Shown here in pieces: positions 45,775 through 54,224 of a DNA stretch of 64,000 nt (its first letter is position 1; every line of letters begins with the position of its first letter). This stretch comes from an uncultured Actinomycetes bacterium (GTDB lineage Bacteria; Actinomycetota; Thermoleophilia; Gaiellales; Gaiellaceae). The stretch lies in contig CAVUMO010000001.1 of the NCBI GenBank assembly GCA_963742625.1, positions 234,138 to 298,137 of the forward strand. The letters are read 5' to 3'. The translations under genes were made by a program, and so were the position numbers. The notes under the pieces were generated by a model, which had not been told where the DNA came from, searched no databases, and saw nothing but the letters and a program-made list of their open reading frames with translations.

Positions 45775-46701
45775 ATGCAGCTCGAGGGAATCCATCACGT
45801 CACATGCATCACCGGCGACGCCCCTGGAAACGTCGCGTTCTACACGGGCGTGCTCGGCCTCCGGCTCGTGAAGAAGACGGTCAACCAGGACGACCCGACC
45901 GTCTACCACCTGTTCTACGCCGACGAGAGGGGCAGCGCGGGCGCAGACATCACGTTCTTCGAGTACCCGGGCGCGCGCCGGGGCAGGGCCGGCCTCGGGA
46001 TGGTGCACCGGGTGACGTTCCGCGTCGCCTCGGAGGAGACGCTCGACTTCTGGGAGTCGAGACTCGGGGAGCACGGCGTCCGCATCGCCCGCGAGCCGGG
46101 CGGTATTCGGTTCGAAGACCCCGAGGGCCTCGGCCTCGAGCTCGCCGTCTCGGACGCGCCCGACGAGCCGCTGGTCGCGCGGCACCCGGAGATCCCCGAG
46201 GAGCACGCCCTCCAGGGGTTTGGCGGCGTGCGTGCGTTCGCGGCCGACCCCGAGCGGAGCCGCCGCCTCCTCGAGGACGTGATGGGCTTCCGCACGACCG
46301 GTGAGTCGGCGTGGGAGCTGCGTGGTCCCGAGCGCGGTGGGCTCTACGCGTACGACCCGCCGCCCGCGTCCGGCGCCGGCATCCCCGGCGCGGGCACCGT
46401 CCACCACGTCGCCTGGTCGTCGACAATGGAGGACCACGAGGCCTGGCAGCAACGCGTCACCGAGGCGGGCATGCACGCGACTCCGGTGATCGACCGCTTC
46501 TGGTTCCGCTCGGTGTACTTCCGCGAGCCGAGCGGCGTGCTCTTCGAGCTGGCGACCCTCGGACCGGGCTTCGGCATCGACGAGGACCCCGAGCACCTCG
46601 GCGAGACGCTGATCCTCCCGCCTGCGTTCGAGCACCTCCGGCTGCAGGTCGAGCAGGTGCTGACGCCGCTGCCCGACCCGCGCGTCGCGTGGACGACGTA
46701 G
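45775..46701 (+). CDS. ring-cleaving dioxygenase, VOC/glyoxalase superfamily (MhqO/YfiE-like)
   Basis: GIHHVTCITGDAPGNVAFYTGVLGLRLVKKTVNQDDPTVYHLFY... and a second VOC module with HHVAW. The ATG at 45775 follows GGGGAGCGGA. Confidence 0.82.
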   Translation: MQLEGIHHVTCITGDAPGNVAFYTGVLGLRLVKKTVNQDDPTVYHLFYADERGSAGADITFFEYPGARRGRAGLGMVHRVTFRVASEETLDFWESRLGEHGVRIAREPGGIRFEDPEGLGLELAVSDAPDEPLVARHPEIPEEHALQGFGGVRAFAADPERSRRLLEDVMGFRTTGESAWELRGPERGGLYAYDPPPASGAGIPGAGTVHHVAWSSTMEDHEAWQQRVTEAGMHATPVIDRFWFRSVYFREPSGVLFELATLGPGFGIDEDPEHLGETLILPPAFEHLRLQVEQVLTPLPDPRVAWTT

Positions 46702-47339
46702 AGACGGGTACCGAGCCGCTCGTCGTGCGCCGGCGCGACCCGGCGGGGGACGCCGCGGGTGCGCTTGTGCTCTTGCACGGCCGCGGCGCCGACGAGAACG
46801 ACCTCTACCCGCTGCTCGACCTCCTCGACCCCGAGCGCCGGCTGCTGGGCGTGACGCCCGGCGGCCCCCTCCACCTGCCCCCCGGAGGCCGTCACTGGTA
46901 CGCGCTCGGCGGGATCCCGACCCCCGACCCGGCGACGTTCCTCGCGACGGCCCCGCGCCTCGCCGCGTTCCTCGACGCGCTCCCCGTGCCGATGAACCGC
47001 GTCGTGCTCGGCGGGTTCTCGCAGGGGACCGTGATGAGCTGGGCGATGACGCTCGGGCCCGACCTTCCCCGGCCGGCCGGGGTGGTCGCGATGTCAGGGT
47101 TCCTCCCGCGCGTGCCGGGCTATCCGCTCGACCCGGCGCGGCTCGCGGGCGTCCCCATAGCGGTCGCGCACGGCACCCTCGATCCCGTCATCTCCTCGCG
47201 GTTCGGGGCGGAGGCGGCGGAGACCCTCGCCGCCGCCGGCGCCGACGTGCTGCGGCTCGAGAGCGACGTTCCCCACATGGTCGACCCGGCCTGGATCGAG
47301 CCGCTGCGCGACCTCGTCGCCCGCGCGACCGCATCTTGA
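46689..47339 (+). CDS. phospholipase/carboxylesterase family alpha/beta hydrolase (MhqD-like)
   Basis: LLHGRGADENDL, the nucleophile elbow GGFSQGT, and AHGTLDPV. GTG at 46689 overlaps the dioxygenase end by 13 nt. Confidence 0.78.
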   Translation: MDDVETGTEPLVVRRRDPAGDAAGALVLLHGRGADENDLYPLLDLLDPERRLLGVTPGGPLHLPPGGRHWYALGGIPTPDPATFLATAPRLAAFLDALPVPMNRVVLGGFSQGTVMSWAMTLGPDLPRPAGVVAMSGFLPRVPGYPLDPARLAGVPIAVAHGTLDPVISSRFGAEAAETLAAAGADVLRLESDVPHMVDPAWIEPLRDLVARATAS

Positions 47340-47370
47340 GGGCACGGATAGCCGGGCCGCGGGTCGCACT

Positions 47371-47470
47371 TGCGACCGCGAAGCGGGCGCCTTCAGGGAT
47401 GTGCCCCGCCCGCAGGGCGGGGATCCAGCGGCGGGATTCCGCTCCTGCGGGATCCCGCTTCGCGAGCGAG
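47371..47470 (-). repeat. single complete copy of the double-hairpin repeat family (inverse orientation relative to 29415-29668)
   Basis: TIR CGCGAAGCGGG (47377-47387) pairs with CCCGCTTCGCG (47454-47464). Hairpins CCCCGCCC-GCA-GGGCGGGG (47404-47422) and GCGGGATTCCGC-TCCT-GCGGGATCCCGC (47431-47458). Confidence 0.85.
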
Positions 47471-47485
47471 AAATAGACTCCTCCG

Positions 47486-48496
47486 ATGCTCCTCGCCGAC
47501 GTCGGGCTCGCCGAGCTGCACACCCATCTCGGCGGCTCGGTCGCCTCCGACACCATGTGGAGCCTCGCGCACGAGCAGGGGATTGCGCTGCCGGTCAAGG
47601 ACTACTGGGAGTTCGACAAGCTCGTCACCGTCTCCGACCCGCGCGGCGTCCCCGACCTCGACGCGCTCGACGCGATCTACCACTGGACGGAGCTGATCCA
47701 GTCCTCGCCGTTCGCGGTCGAGCAGTCGGTCCACGGCGCGATCGGGGGGGCGTACCGCTCGCAGGGCATCACCACGCTCGAGCTGCGGTTCAACCCGATG
47801 AAGCGGAACCGCGGCGGCGAGCGCGACCTCGACCACATCATCCTCGCAGCGAGCCGCGGCCTGGACATCGCGCGCCTCGAGTACCCGCAGGTGCGCGCGG
47901 GCCTGATTCTGATGATGGACCGCACGTTCGACGCGCGGCTGAACGAGATCATCGTCGAGAAGGCGATCCGTTGGGCCGGCAGGGGCGTCGTCGGCGTCGA
48001 CATCGCGGGACCGCGACCGGGCGGAGCGCGCTACGACTACACGCAGCTCGCCCCGATGGTCGAGCTGGCGCGGTCCGCGGGCCTCGGTGTGACGATCCAC
48101 GTCGGCGAGGAGGGCGAGACGGGCATGGAGGAGATCGGCGAGGTCGTCGAGTCGCTTCGCCCCGACCGGATCGGGCACGGCGTCCTCGCCGCCCGCGACC
48201 CCGAGTTGATGCGGCTGCTTCGCGAGGCCGACATCACCCTCGAGATCTGCCCGACCTCGAACCTCCTGACCCGTGCGCTTGCCAGCGAGGACGAGTTGCG
48301 CGAGACGTTCCGCCGGTTCGTCGAGCACGGCGTCGCCTTCACGATCGCGACGGACGGCCCCGAGATGATGCGGACGCACCTCCGCAACGAGCTTGCGCTC
48401 CTGCACCGCATCGACGCGCTCGACGAGCAAGAGCTCGGGCAGGCGAACGCGCGGGGCCATGCGGCCTCGTTCGTCGGCCGCGGTGAGCCGGGCTAG
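47486..48496 (+). CDS. add: adenosine deaminase family protein
   Basis: ELHTHLGGS (HxH metal site), TIHVGE, IGHG and FTIATDGP. Confidence 0.82.
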   Translation: MLLADVGLAELHTHLGGSVASDTMWSLAHEQGIALPVKDYWEFDKLVTVSDPRGVPDLDALDAIYHWTELIQSSPFAVEQSVHGAIGGAYRSQGITTLELRFNPMKRNRGGERDLDHIILAASRGLDIARLEYPQVRAGLILMMDRTFDARLNEIIVEKAIRWAGRGVVGVDIAGPRPGGARYDYTQLAPMVELARSAGLGVTIHVGEEGETGMEEIGEVVESLRPDRIGHGVLAARDPELMRLLREADITLEICPTSNLLTRALASEDELRETFRRFVEHGVAFTIATDGPEMMRTHLRNELALLHRIDALDEQELGQANARGHAASFVGRGEPG

Positions 48497-48744
48497 GCGG
48501 CCGGCGGGGCCGAGCCGGTCGTGTCCGGATCGGGCTTGGCGGTGTCGGCGCCCTCGCCGCCGCGATGCGTGAGATCGGAGACGGTGTCCTTCGCCTCGTC
48601 GACCGCATCGTCGGCAACGTCGCTCGCCTTGCCCCACGCGTCACCGGCGGCGTCCTGTGCCTTGTCGACGACGGGCGCCGCCTTGTCGGCCGCGTCCCCC
48701 GCCGTCTCCTTTGCCCGTCCGAAGAGCTTGTCGAGGAATCCCAT
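48493..48744 (-). CDS. small hydrophilic stress-type protein (CsbD / MT0933-like)
   Basis: MGFLDKLFGRAKETAGDAADKAAPVVDKAQDAAGDAWGKASD... A low-complexity K/D/A-rich helical repeat. The start is taken at the internal ATG 48744. Confidence 0.55.
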   Translation of the reverse strand: MGFLDKLFGRAKETAGDAADKAAPVVDKAQDAAGDAWGKASDVADDAVDEAKDTVSDLTHRGGEGADTAKPDPDTTGSAPPAA

Positions 48745-48886
48745 GGCAAGACCATACGGCTCCGTCCCGTGACCCGCAAACGCGAACATGGGCCGGGATC
48801 GAATCGGCGGGCATCGTCGTTGTGACGTTCATGCGACGTCCCCTCGCCGATCTGACTGTGCGCGCACGTCGCGCGTTGCATCCTGC

Positions 48887-49849
48887 ATGAGGGGCTCGTC
48901 CCGGGTCCGGCTGTGGACCGCGCTGTGGATCGTCTACCTCGTGTGGGGCTCGACGTACCTCGCGATCAAGATCGCCGTGCGCACCCTGCCACCCCTCCTC
49001 ACCGCGGGCACGCGGTTCCTCGCCGCGGCGGCGATCCTCGCGCTGATCGCGGTCGCAGCGCGGCGCTCGCTCCGGGTCGCGCCGCGGGAGGCGCTCGCCG
49101 CCGCGGGGCTCGGCGTCGCGCTCCTCACCCTCGGGGTCGGGCTGGTGCACGTCGCCGAGACGCGCATCGACTCCGGTGTCGCCGCGATGATCGCCGGCTC
49201 GGTGCCGCTCCAGATCGTCGTCCTCCGGCGGATCGTGGGGGAGCGCGTTGCGCGTGCCACCGCGGTCGCTGCGCTCATCGGGCTCGTCGGCCTCGCCTTC
49301 GTCGTGGGGCCGGGGTGGAGCGCCGGCGGCTCGGAGGCGGTCGGGTTGCTGATCATGCTCACCGCGTCGGTCTCCTGGTCGCTCGGCTCGTTCGCGTCGC
49401 GCCGTCTGCGAGTGCCGGGCGACCCGTTCGTCGCGTCCGCGTACGAGATGCTGGGCGGCGGCGCCGTGCTCCTCGTCGCCGCGATCGCCACCGGGGAGCT
49501 CGGCGACCTGGACAGCTCGGCCCTCGAGCCAGGCCCGCTCGCCGCCTGGGTCTACCTCACGGTCATGGGCTCCGTGATCGGCTTCAGCGCGTACGCCTGG
49601 CTGCTCGGCAACGCGCCGATCTCGCAGGTCGTCACCCACCAGTACGTGAACCCGCTCGTCGCGGTCGCGCTCGGCGCGCTGATCCTCGGCGAGCGGCCCG
49701 GGCCGGCGACGCTCGTCGGCGCGGCGCTGATCGTCGGTGCGGTCGCGGTGACCGTACGCCGCGAAGGGCGACGGGCGCCGGTCCGCGAGCCTACGTCTCG
49801 ACCTGGGTCCGCTGCGCCGCGAGGAACTCGAGCAGATCCGACCGGGTGA
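48887..49849 (+). CDS. EamA/DMT family transporter
   Basis: RLWTALWIVYLVWGSTYLAIKIAV... with ten hydrophobic segments. Its 3' end overlaps the convergent CBS gene. Confidence 0.82.
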   Translation: MRGSSRVRLWTALWIVYLVWGSTYLAIKIAVRTLPPLLTAGTRFLAAAAILALIAVAARRSLRVAPREALAAAGLGVALLTLGVGLVHVAETRIDSGVAAMIAGSVPLQIVVLRRIVGERVARATAVAALIGLVGLAFVVGPGWSAGGSEAVGLLIMLTASVSWSLGSFASRRLRVPGDPFVASAYEMLGGGAVLLVAAIATGELGDLDSSALEPGPLAAWVYLTVMGSVIGFSAYAWLLGNAPISQVVTHQYVNPLVAVALGALILGERPGPATLVGAALIVGAVAVTVRREGRRAPVREPTSRPGSAAPRGTRADPTG

Positions 49850-51200
49850 CGATCGCGACCGGCTTGCCGCCCTGGCCGACGAGCACGGCGCCACCCGTCC
49901 CGGTCAGCTCCTGGAAGACGTCGTCGATCGACGCGGCGGCGTCGACCGCCGCGAGCGGAGGTTGCATTGCCACCGCCACGTCGTCGTTCAACGCGTCGGG
50001 GTTGCGGAAGACCCTGTCGAGCAGGCTCCGCTCCTGGAGCGAGCCGACGATGTCGGTGAGCGCGTCCGCGGGCCGGCTGCGCACGACCGGCAGCTGCGAG
50101 ATGCCATACCGCTGGAGCAGGTCGATCGCGCTCCCGACCTTCTCGTGGGCCTCGACCACGACCAGCTCCGGCACGCCGCTCTCCTCCGCCCGCCGGAAGC
50201 GGATGACCTCGTCGACCGTCGGCGCGGGCGCCCGCCGCTCCATGAATCCGTACTGGATCATCCAGTTGTCGTCGTAGAACTTCGAGAGGTACGAGCGGCC
50301 GCCGTCCGGCAAGGTCATCAGGACGGTCGAGCCTGCCCCGAGCCTCCGCGCGACCTCGAGCGCGACCCAGGCCGTCGAGCCGCAGGAGCCGCCGACGAGG
50401 AGCCCCTCCTCGCGTGCGAGCCGCCGCGCCATCAGGAACGAGTCGCGGTCCGACACGCGGATCCACTCGTCGACGACCGACGGGTCGAGCGTTGCAGGCC
50501 ACGTGTCCTTGCCGATCCCCTCGACGAGATAGGGGTGTGTCGGGTGGGCGTCGTCGGCCGTGAAGACCGATCCCTCGGGGTCCGCGCCGACGATCAGGAC
50601 GTCTGGCTTGCGCTCCTTGAAGTAGCGGCCGACCCCCGAGATCGACCCGCCGGTCCCGACCGAGACGACGATCGCGTCGAGCTCGCCGCCGGTCTGCTCC
50701 CACAGCTCCGGGCCCGTCGTCTCGTAGTGGGCCTGCGGATTCGCCTCGTTCGAGTACTGGTCGGGCTTGAAGCCGCCCGGGATCTCCTCGGCGAGCCGGT
50801 CGGAGACGGAGTAGTAGCTCTCGGGCGAGTCGTGGTCGACCGCCGTGGGCGTGATCACGACCTCCGCGCCGTACGCCCTGAGCGTCGAGATCTTCTCCTG
50901 GCTCATCTTGTCGGGCATCACGAAGATGCACCGGTAGCCCTTGTGCGCCGCGGCGATGGCGAGCCCCACGCCGGTGTTGCCCGAGGTCGGCTCGACGATC
51001 GTCCCGCCCGGCCGGAGGCGGCCGTCGCGCTCCGCGGCCTCGATCATCGCGAGCCCGATGCGGTCCTTGTTCGAGCCGCCCGGGTTCATGAACTCGAGCT
51101 TCGCGAGCAGCGTCGCGCCGGTCTCGCGGCCGAAGTCGACGAGGCGAACGACCGGCGTCGAGCCGACGAGGTCGAGGACGGTCGGGTACGTGCGCGCCAT
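49791..51200 (-). CDS. cystathionine beta-synthase (PLP domain plus CBS pair)
   Basis: LEFMNPGGSNKDRIG (PLP lysine), EPTSGNTGVGLA, GTGGSISG, and a C-terminal tandem CBS domain. Confidence 0.88.
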   Translation of the reverse strand: MARTYPTVLDLVGSTPVVRLVDFGRETGATLLAKLEFMNPGGSNKDRIGLAMIEAAERDGRLRPGGTIVEPTSGNTGVGLAIAAAHKGYRCIFVMPDKMSQEKISTLRAYGAEVVITPTAVDHDSPESYYSVSDRLAEEIPGGFKPDQYSNEANPQAHYETTGPELWEQTGGELDAIVVSVGTGGSISGVGRYFKERKPDVLIVGADPEGSVFTADDAHPTHPYLVEGIGKDTWPATLDPSVVDEWIRVSDRDSFLMARRLAREEGLLVGGSCGSTAWVALEVARRLGAGSTVLMTLPDGGRSYLSKFYDDNWMIQYGFMERRAPAPTVDEVIRFRRAEESGVPELVVVEAHEKVGSAIDLLQRYGISQLPVVRSRPADALTDIVGSLQERSLLDRVFRNPDALNDDVAVAMQPPLAAVDAAASIDDVFQELTGTGGAVLVGQGGKPVAIVTRSDLLEFLAAQRTQVET

Positions 51201-51227
51201 GCCGCGCGGAAGCGTAACGGGTGGCCG

Positions 51228-51737
51228 TCAGGCGGTCGCGATGCGGCGGGCGCCCTCGACGGCTCCGCTCCGCTCGCCGAGCGCCTCGATCTCGACCGTC
51301 TCGCCCGTCTGCGGAGCGTGGATCATGCGGCCGTTGCCGATGTAGATCCCGACGTGGCCGAGTCCGTGGAAGAACACGAGATCGCCGGGCTTCAGGTGCG
51401 ACGTGGGGACCGGCCGGCCGGTGGAGTAGAGCGCGGCCGCGTTGTGCGGCAGCGCGACGCCGAGCCGGCCGTAGACCCACATCACGAGCCCGGAGCAGTC
51501 GAACCCGCCGGGTGACGAGCCGCCGTAGACGTACGGCACGCCGAGCTGTGTCCGGGCGAGCTCCACGGCCCGCTCCGCGAGGGTCGGCGGCGGTGGAGGC
51601 GGCGGCACGAAGTGCGCGGGGCTCGCGACGGATCCCGGCAGGAGCGGCTTCGCGTCCGCCCGCCCTGGGCTGCCGAGGAGCAGACCGCAGACGACACAGA
51701 CGAGCGCGGGGATGACGAGGCGACGAGGCATCGGCAT
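51228..51737 (-). CDS. NlpC/P60 family cell-wall peptidase
   Basis: Signal peptide, a Pro-rich linker, then GVPYVYGGSSPGGFDCSGLVMWVY...GHVGIYIGNGRMIHAP. Confidence 0.9.
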   Translation of the reverse strand: MPMPRRLVIPALVCVVCGLLLGSPGRADAKPLLPGSVASPAHFVPPPPPPPTLAERAVELARTQLGVPYVYGGSSPGGFDCSGLVMWVYGRLGVALPHNAAALYSTGRPVPTSHLKPGDLVFFHGLGHVGIYIGNGRMIHAPQTGETVEIEALGERSGAVEGARRIATA

Positions 51738-51890
51738 GGGAGAAGCGGCACGGGACGGCGTCTAGGTGGTGCCCCGAAGGGCGGGCCGTCGGTGTCAGCG
51801 ACCGCAGGAAGGTACCAGCCCGGCCGGCCGACGAGAGGACAGAACGGACCCGCCGTAGGGCTAGTGACACACGTGGCGCGCAGACGTCGT

Positions 51891-52100
51891 TGCGACCGCG
51901 AGAGCGGGAGCCTTCAGGGGTGTGCCCCGCCGCAGGTGAGGATCAAGGCGGGGATCCGCGCCTGCGGATTCCCGCTTCGCGAGCAAGCCGTCAATTGCGA
52001 CCGCGACAGCGGGCGCCTTCAGGGATCTGCCCCGCCGCAGGCGGGGATCAAGCGGCGGGGATCCGCTCCTGCGGATTCCCGCTTCGCGAGCAAACGTCAA
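51891..52100 (-). repeat. two tandem copies (105-bp period) of the double-hairpin repeat family, abutting the purH stop codon
   Basis: TGCGACCGCGA starts at 51891 and 51996. CCCGCTTCGCGAGCAA(G/A)C(C)GTCAAT ends each unit. The purH stop (TCA at 52097-52099 on the plus strand) lies in the second unit's GTCAAT tail. Confidence 0.85.
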
Positions 52101-53638
52101 TGCCGGAAGTGACGCCGACCGGTGACGACCATCGCCGCACCGGCCTCGCGCACGGCCTCGAGCACCTCGCCGTCGCGCTTCGAGCCGCCCGGCTGGATGA
52201 TCGCGGAGACCCCCGCCTCGAGCGCGAGGCGCGGACCGTCGGCGAACGGGAAGAAGGCATCCGAGGCGAGCACGGCGCCCTCGACAGAGTGCCCGAGGTC
52301 GCGCGCCTTGTCCAACGCGATCCTCACCGCGTCGACCCGGCTCGTTTGCCCGCCGCCGATGCCGAGCGTCTGCCCGCCTCGCGCGATCACGATCGCGTTG
52401 GAGACGACGTGCTTCGCGATCGTCCAGGCGAAGAGGAGGTCGTCCCACATGGCCGAGTCCGGGTCGCCGCAGACGACGTCCATCGCGTCGAGCGGATCCC
52501 CGCCTGTGTCGCGATCCTGGACGAGGAGGCCACCGAGGACACGCCGGAAGTCGCGCTCGCTCGTGACGAAGCCGCGCCGCTCGGCGTCCGCGAGCACGCG
52601 AGTCCCCGGCTTCGCCTCGAGCGCGGTCAACGCGCCCCGGTCGTAGCCGGGCGCGAAGAGCACCTCGACGAACTGCTTGGCGAGCGTCCTGCCGAGCTTT
52701 GCCGTGACCGGCCGGTTGAGGGCCACCACGCCGCCGTACGCCGAGATCGGGTCGGCCGCTTGCGCCTTCGTGTAGGCGTCCTCGACCGTCTTGCCGAGGG
52801 CCACCCCACAGGGATTCCCGTGCTTGACGATCACCGCGGCCGATCCCTCGAGCTCGAGGAGGAGCAGGCGGGCGGCCGACAGGTCGCCGAGGTTGTTGAA
52901 CGAGAGCGGCTTGCCCTGGATCTGCTCGACCCGCGCGAGCAGGTGTGTCCGAGCGCCCCGCTGCGCGTAGTAGACGGCCCGCTGGTGCGGGTTCTCGCCG
53001 TACGCCAACTCCTCGTACCGGTCGAACACCGGCACGTACGTCTCGGGGAACACGTCCTCCCGACCGAACCAGGCGGCGACCGAGGCGTCATATGCCGCCG
53101 TCGTCTGGAAGGCGCGGGCGGCGAGCTCGCGCCGGGTCTCCGTCGACACCTCCGCGCGCGCACGGAACTCCTCGACCAGCGGCCCGTAGTCCGCGGGACG
53201 GCACAGCGCGACGACGTGCGCGTGGTTCTTCGCGGCCGCACGGAGGAGCGCGGGCCCGCCGACGTCGATCTGCTCGATCGCGTCCTCCCACGGGACGTCC
53301 AGTCGCCCAACCGTCTTCTCGAACGGGTAGAGGTTCACGCAGACGAGGTCGATCGGCTCGATCCCGTGCGCAGCCAACTCGGCGAGGTCGGCCGGGACGT
53401 CGCGGCGGGCGAGGATCCCGCCGTGCACCGCCGGGTGGAGGCTCACCACCCGATGTCCGAGCAGCTCGCCGAAGCCCGTCACCTCCTCGAGCGGCGTCAC
53501 GGGGATCCGCTCGTCGGCCAGGGCCTTGGCCGTGCCGCCGCTCGCGAGCAGCTCGACCCCGAGCGAATGGAGGTCCCGCGCGAACGCGGCGAGCCCCGTC
53601 TTGTCGTAGACGGAGAGCAGGGCGCGCCGGATCGTCAC
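52097..53638 (-). CDS. purH: bifunctional AICAR transformylase / IMP cyclohydrolase
   Basis: RALLSVYDKTGL, LASGGTAK, NLYPF, DVGGPALLRAAAKNH, and the C-terminal GGSKRD...RHFRH. GTG at 53638. Confidence 0.95.
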   Translation of the reverse strand: MTIRRALLSVYDKTGLAAFARDLHSLGVELLASGGTAKALADERIPVTPLEEVTGFGELLGHRVVSLHPAVHGGILARRDVPADLAELAAHGIEPIDLVCVNLYPFEKTVGRLDVPWEDAIEQIDVGGPALLRAAAKNHAHVVALCRPADYGPLVEEFRARAEVSTETRRELAARAFQTTAAYDASVAAWFGREDVFPETYVPVFDRYEELAYGENPHQRAVYYAQRGARTHLLARVEQIQGKPLSFNNLGDLSAARLLLLELEGSAAVIVKHGNPCGVALGKTVEDAYTKAQAADPISAYGGVVALNRPVTAKLGRTLAKQFVEVLFAPGYDRGALTALEAKPGTRVLADAERRGFVTSERDFRRVLGGLLVQDRDTGGDPLDAMDVVCGDPDSAMWDDLLFAWTIAKHVVSNAIVIARGGQTLGIGGGQTSRVDAVRIALDKARDLGHSVEGAVLASDAFFPFADGPRLALEAGVSAIIQPGGSKRDGEVLEAVREAGAAMVVTGRRHFRH

Positions 53639-53681
53639 GCGCGCCCCAGGAACGCGCGATGGTGGGTGGTTGGCGCAGGTC

Positions 53682-54224
53682 TCACGCGGCGACGAGCTCC
53701 CTGACGACGTCGGGCAGGAGGCGGTGCTCGACCACCTGGACGCGCGCACGCAGCGTCTCGGGCGTGTCGCCCGCCTCGACCGGCACGCGTACCGCGCGGA
53801 TCACGGGCCCCGTGTCGACGCCCTCGTCGACCCAGTGCACCGTTGCCGCGGTCTCGGAGACGCCCGCCGCGAGGACGTCCTCGATCGGATGCGCGCCGGG
53901 GAACTCGGGCAGCGGGGCGGAGTGTGTGTTGACGACCCGTCCGCCGAATGCCTCGAAGAACGCCGGTCGCAGGATATGCATGTAGCCCGCGAGCACCGCA
54001 AGCTCGACGCCCCGCTCCCGCAGCCAGTCCGCGAGCGCGACGTCCCGCGCCTCCCGGCTCGGATATCCGGCCAGCTCGAAGGTCGCGGTCGGGATCCCGG
54101 CCGCCTCCGCGCGCCGGAGGGCTCGGGCCTCCGCTCGGTTGGAGGCGACGGCGACGATCGGCAGGCCTGCGTCGATCAACGCCTGAAGGTTCGTGCCCTC
54201 CCCGCTGACGAGGACTCCGATCAT
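53682..54224 (-). CDS. purN: phosphoribosylglycinamide formyltransferase
   Basis: MIGVLVSGEGTNLQALID, VVNTHSAPLP and TVHWVDEGVDTGPVI. ATGA overlap with purM. Confidence 0.93.
   Translation of the reverse strand: MIGVLVSGEGTNLQALIDAGLPIVAVASNRAEARALRRAEAAGIPTATFELAGYPSREARDVALADWLRERGVELAVLAGYMHILRPAFFEAFGGRVVNTHSAPLPEFPGAHPIEDVLAAGVSETAATVHWVDEGVDTGPVIRAVRVPVEAGDTPETLRARVQVVEHRLLPDVVRELVAA

Noticed and set aside
51738-51890. c-di-AMP (ydaO-type) riboswitch upstream of the NlpC/P60 gene, as is common in actinobacteria
   Set aside because: The ~150-nt leader has G/C-rich hairpins and CGGGGCACC / ACGGCGGGTCC-like strings. I could not find the conserved ydaO elements as I recall them (for example GCUAACC, GGGGUGAAUC). 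A cmscan run would be decisive.
52492-52506. GCGGATCCCCGCCTG inside purH, identical to 13-15 nt of the repeat family
   Set aside because: It is a short match in a coding region (encoding GGDPLD) with no accompanying hairpin partner or TIR, so it is probably coincidental in GC-rich sequence.
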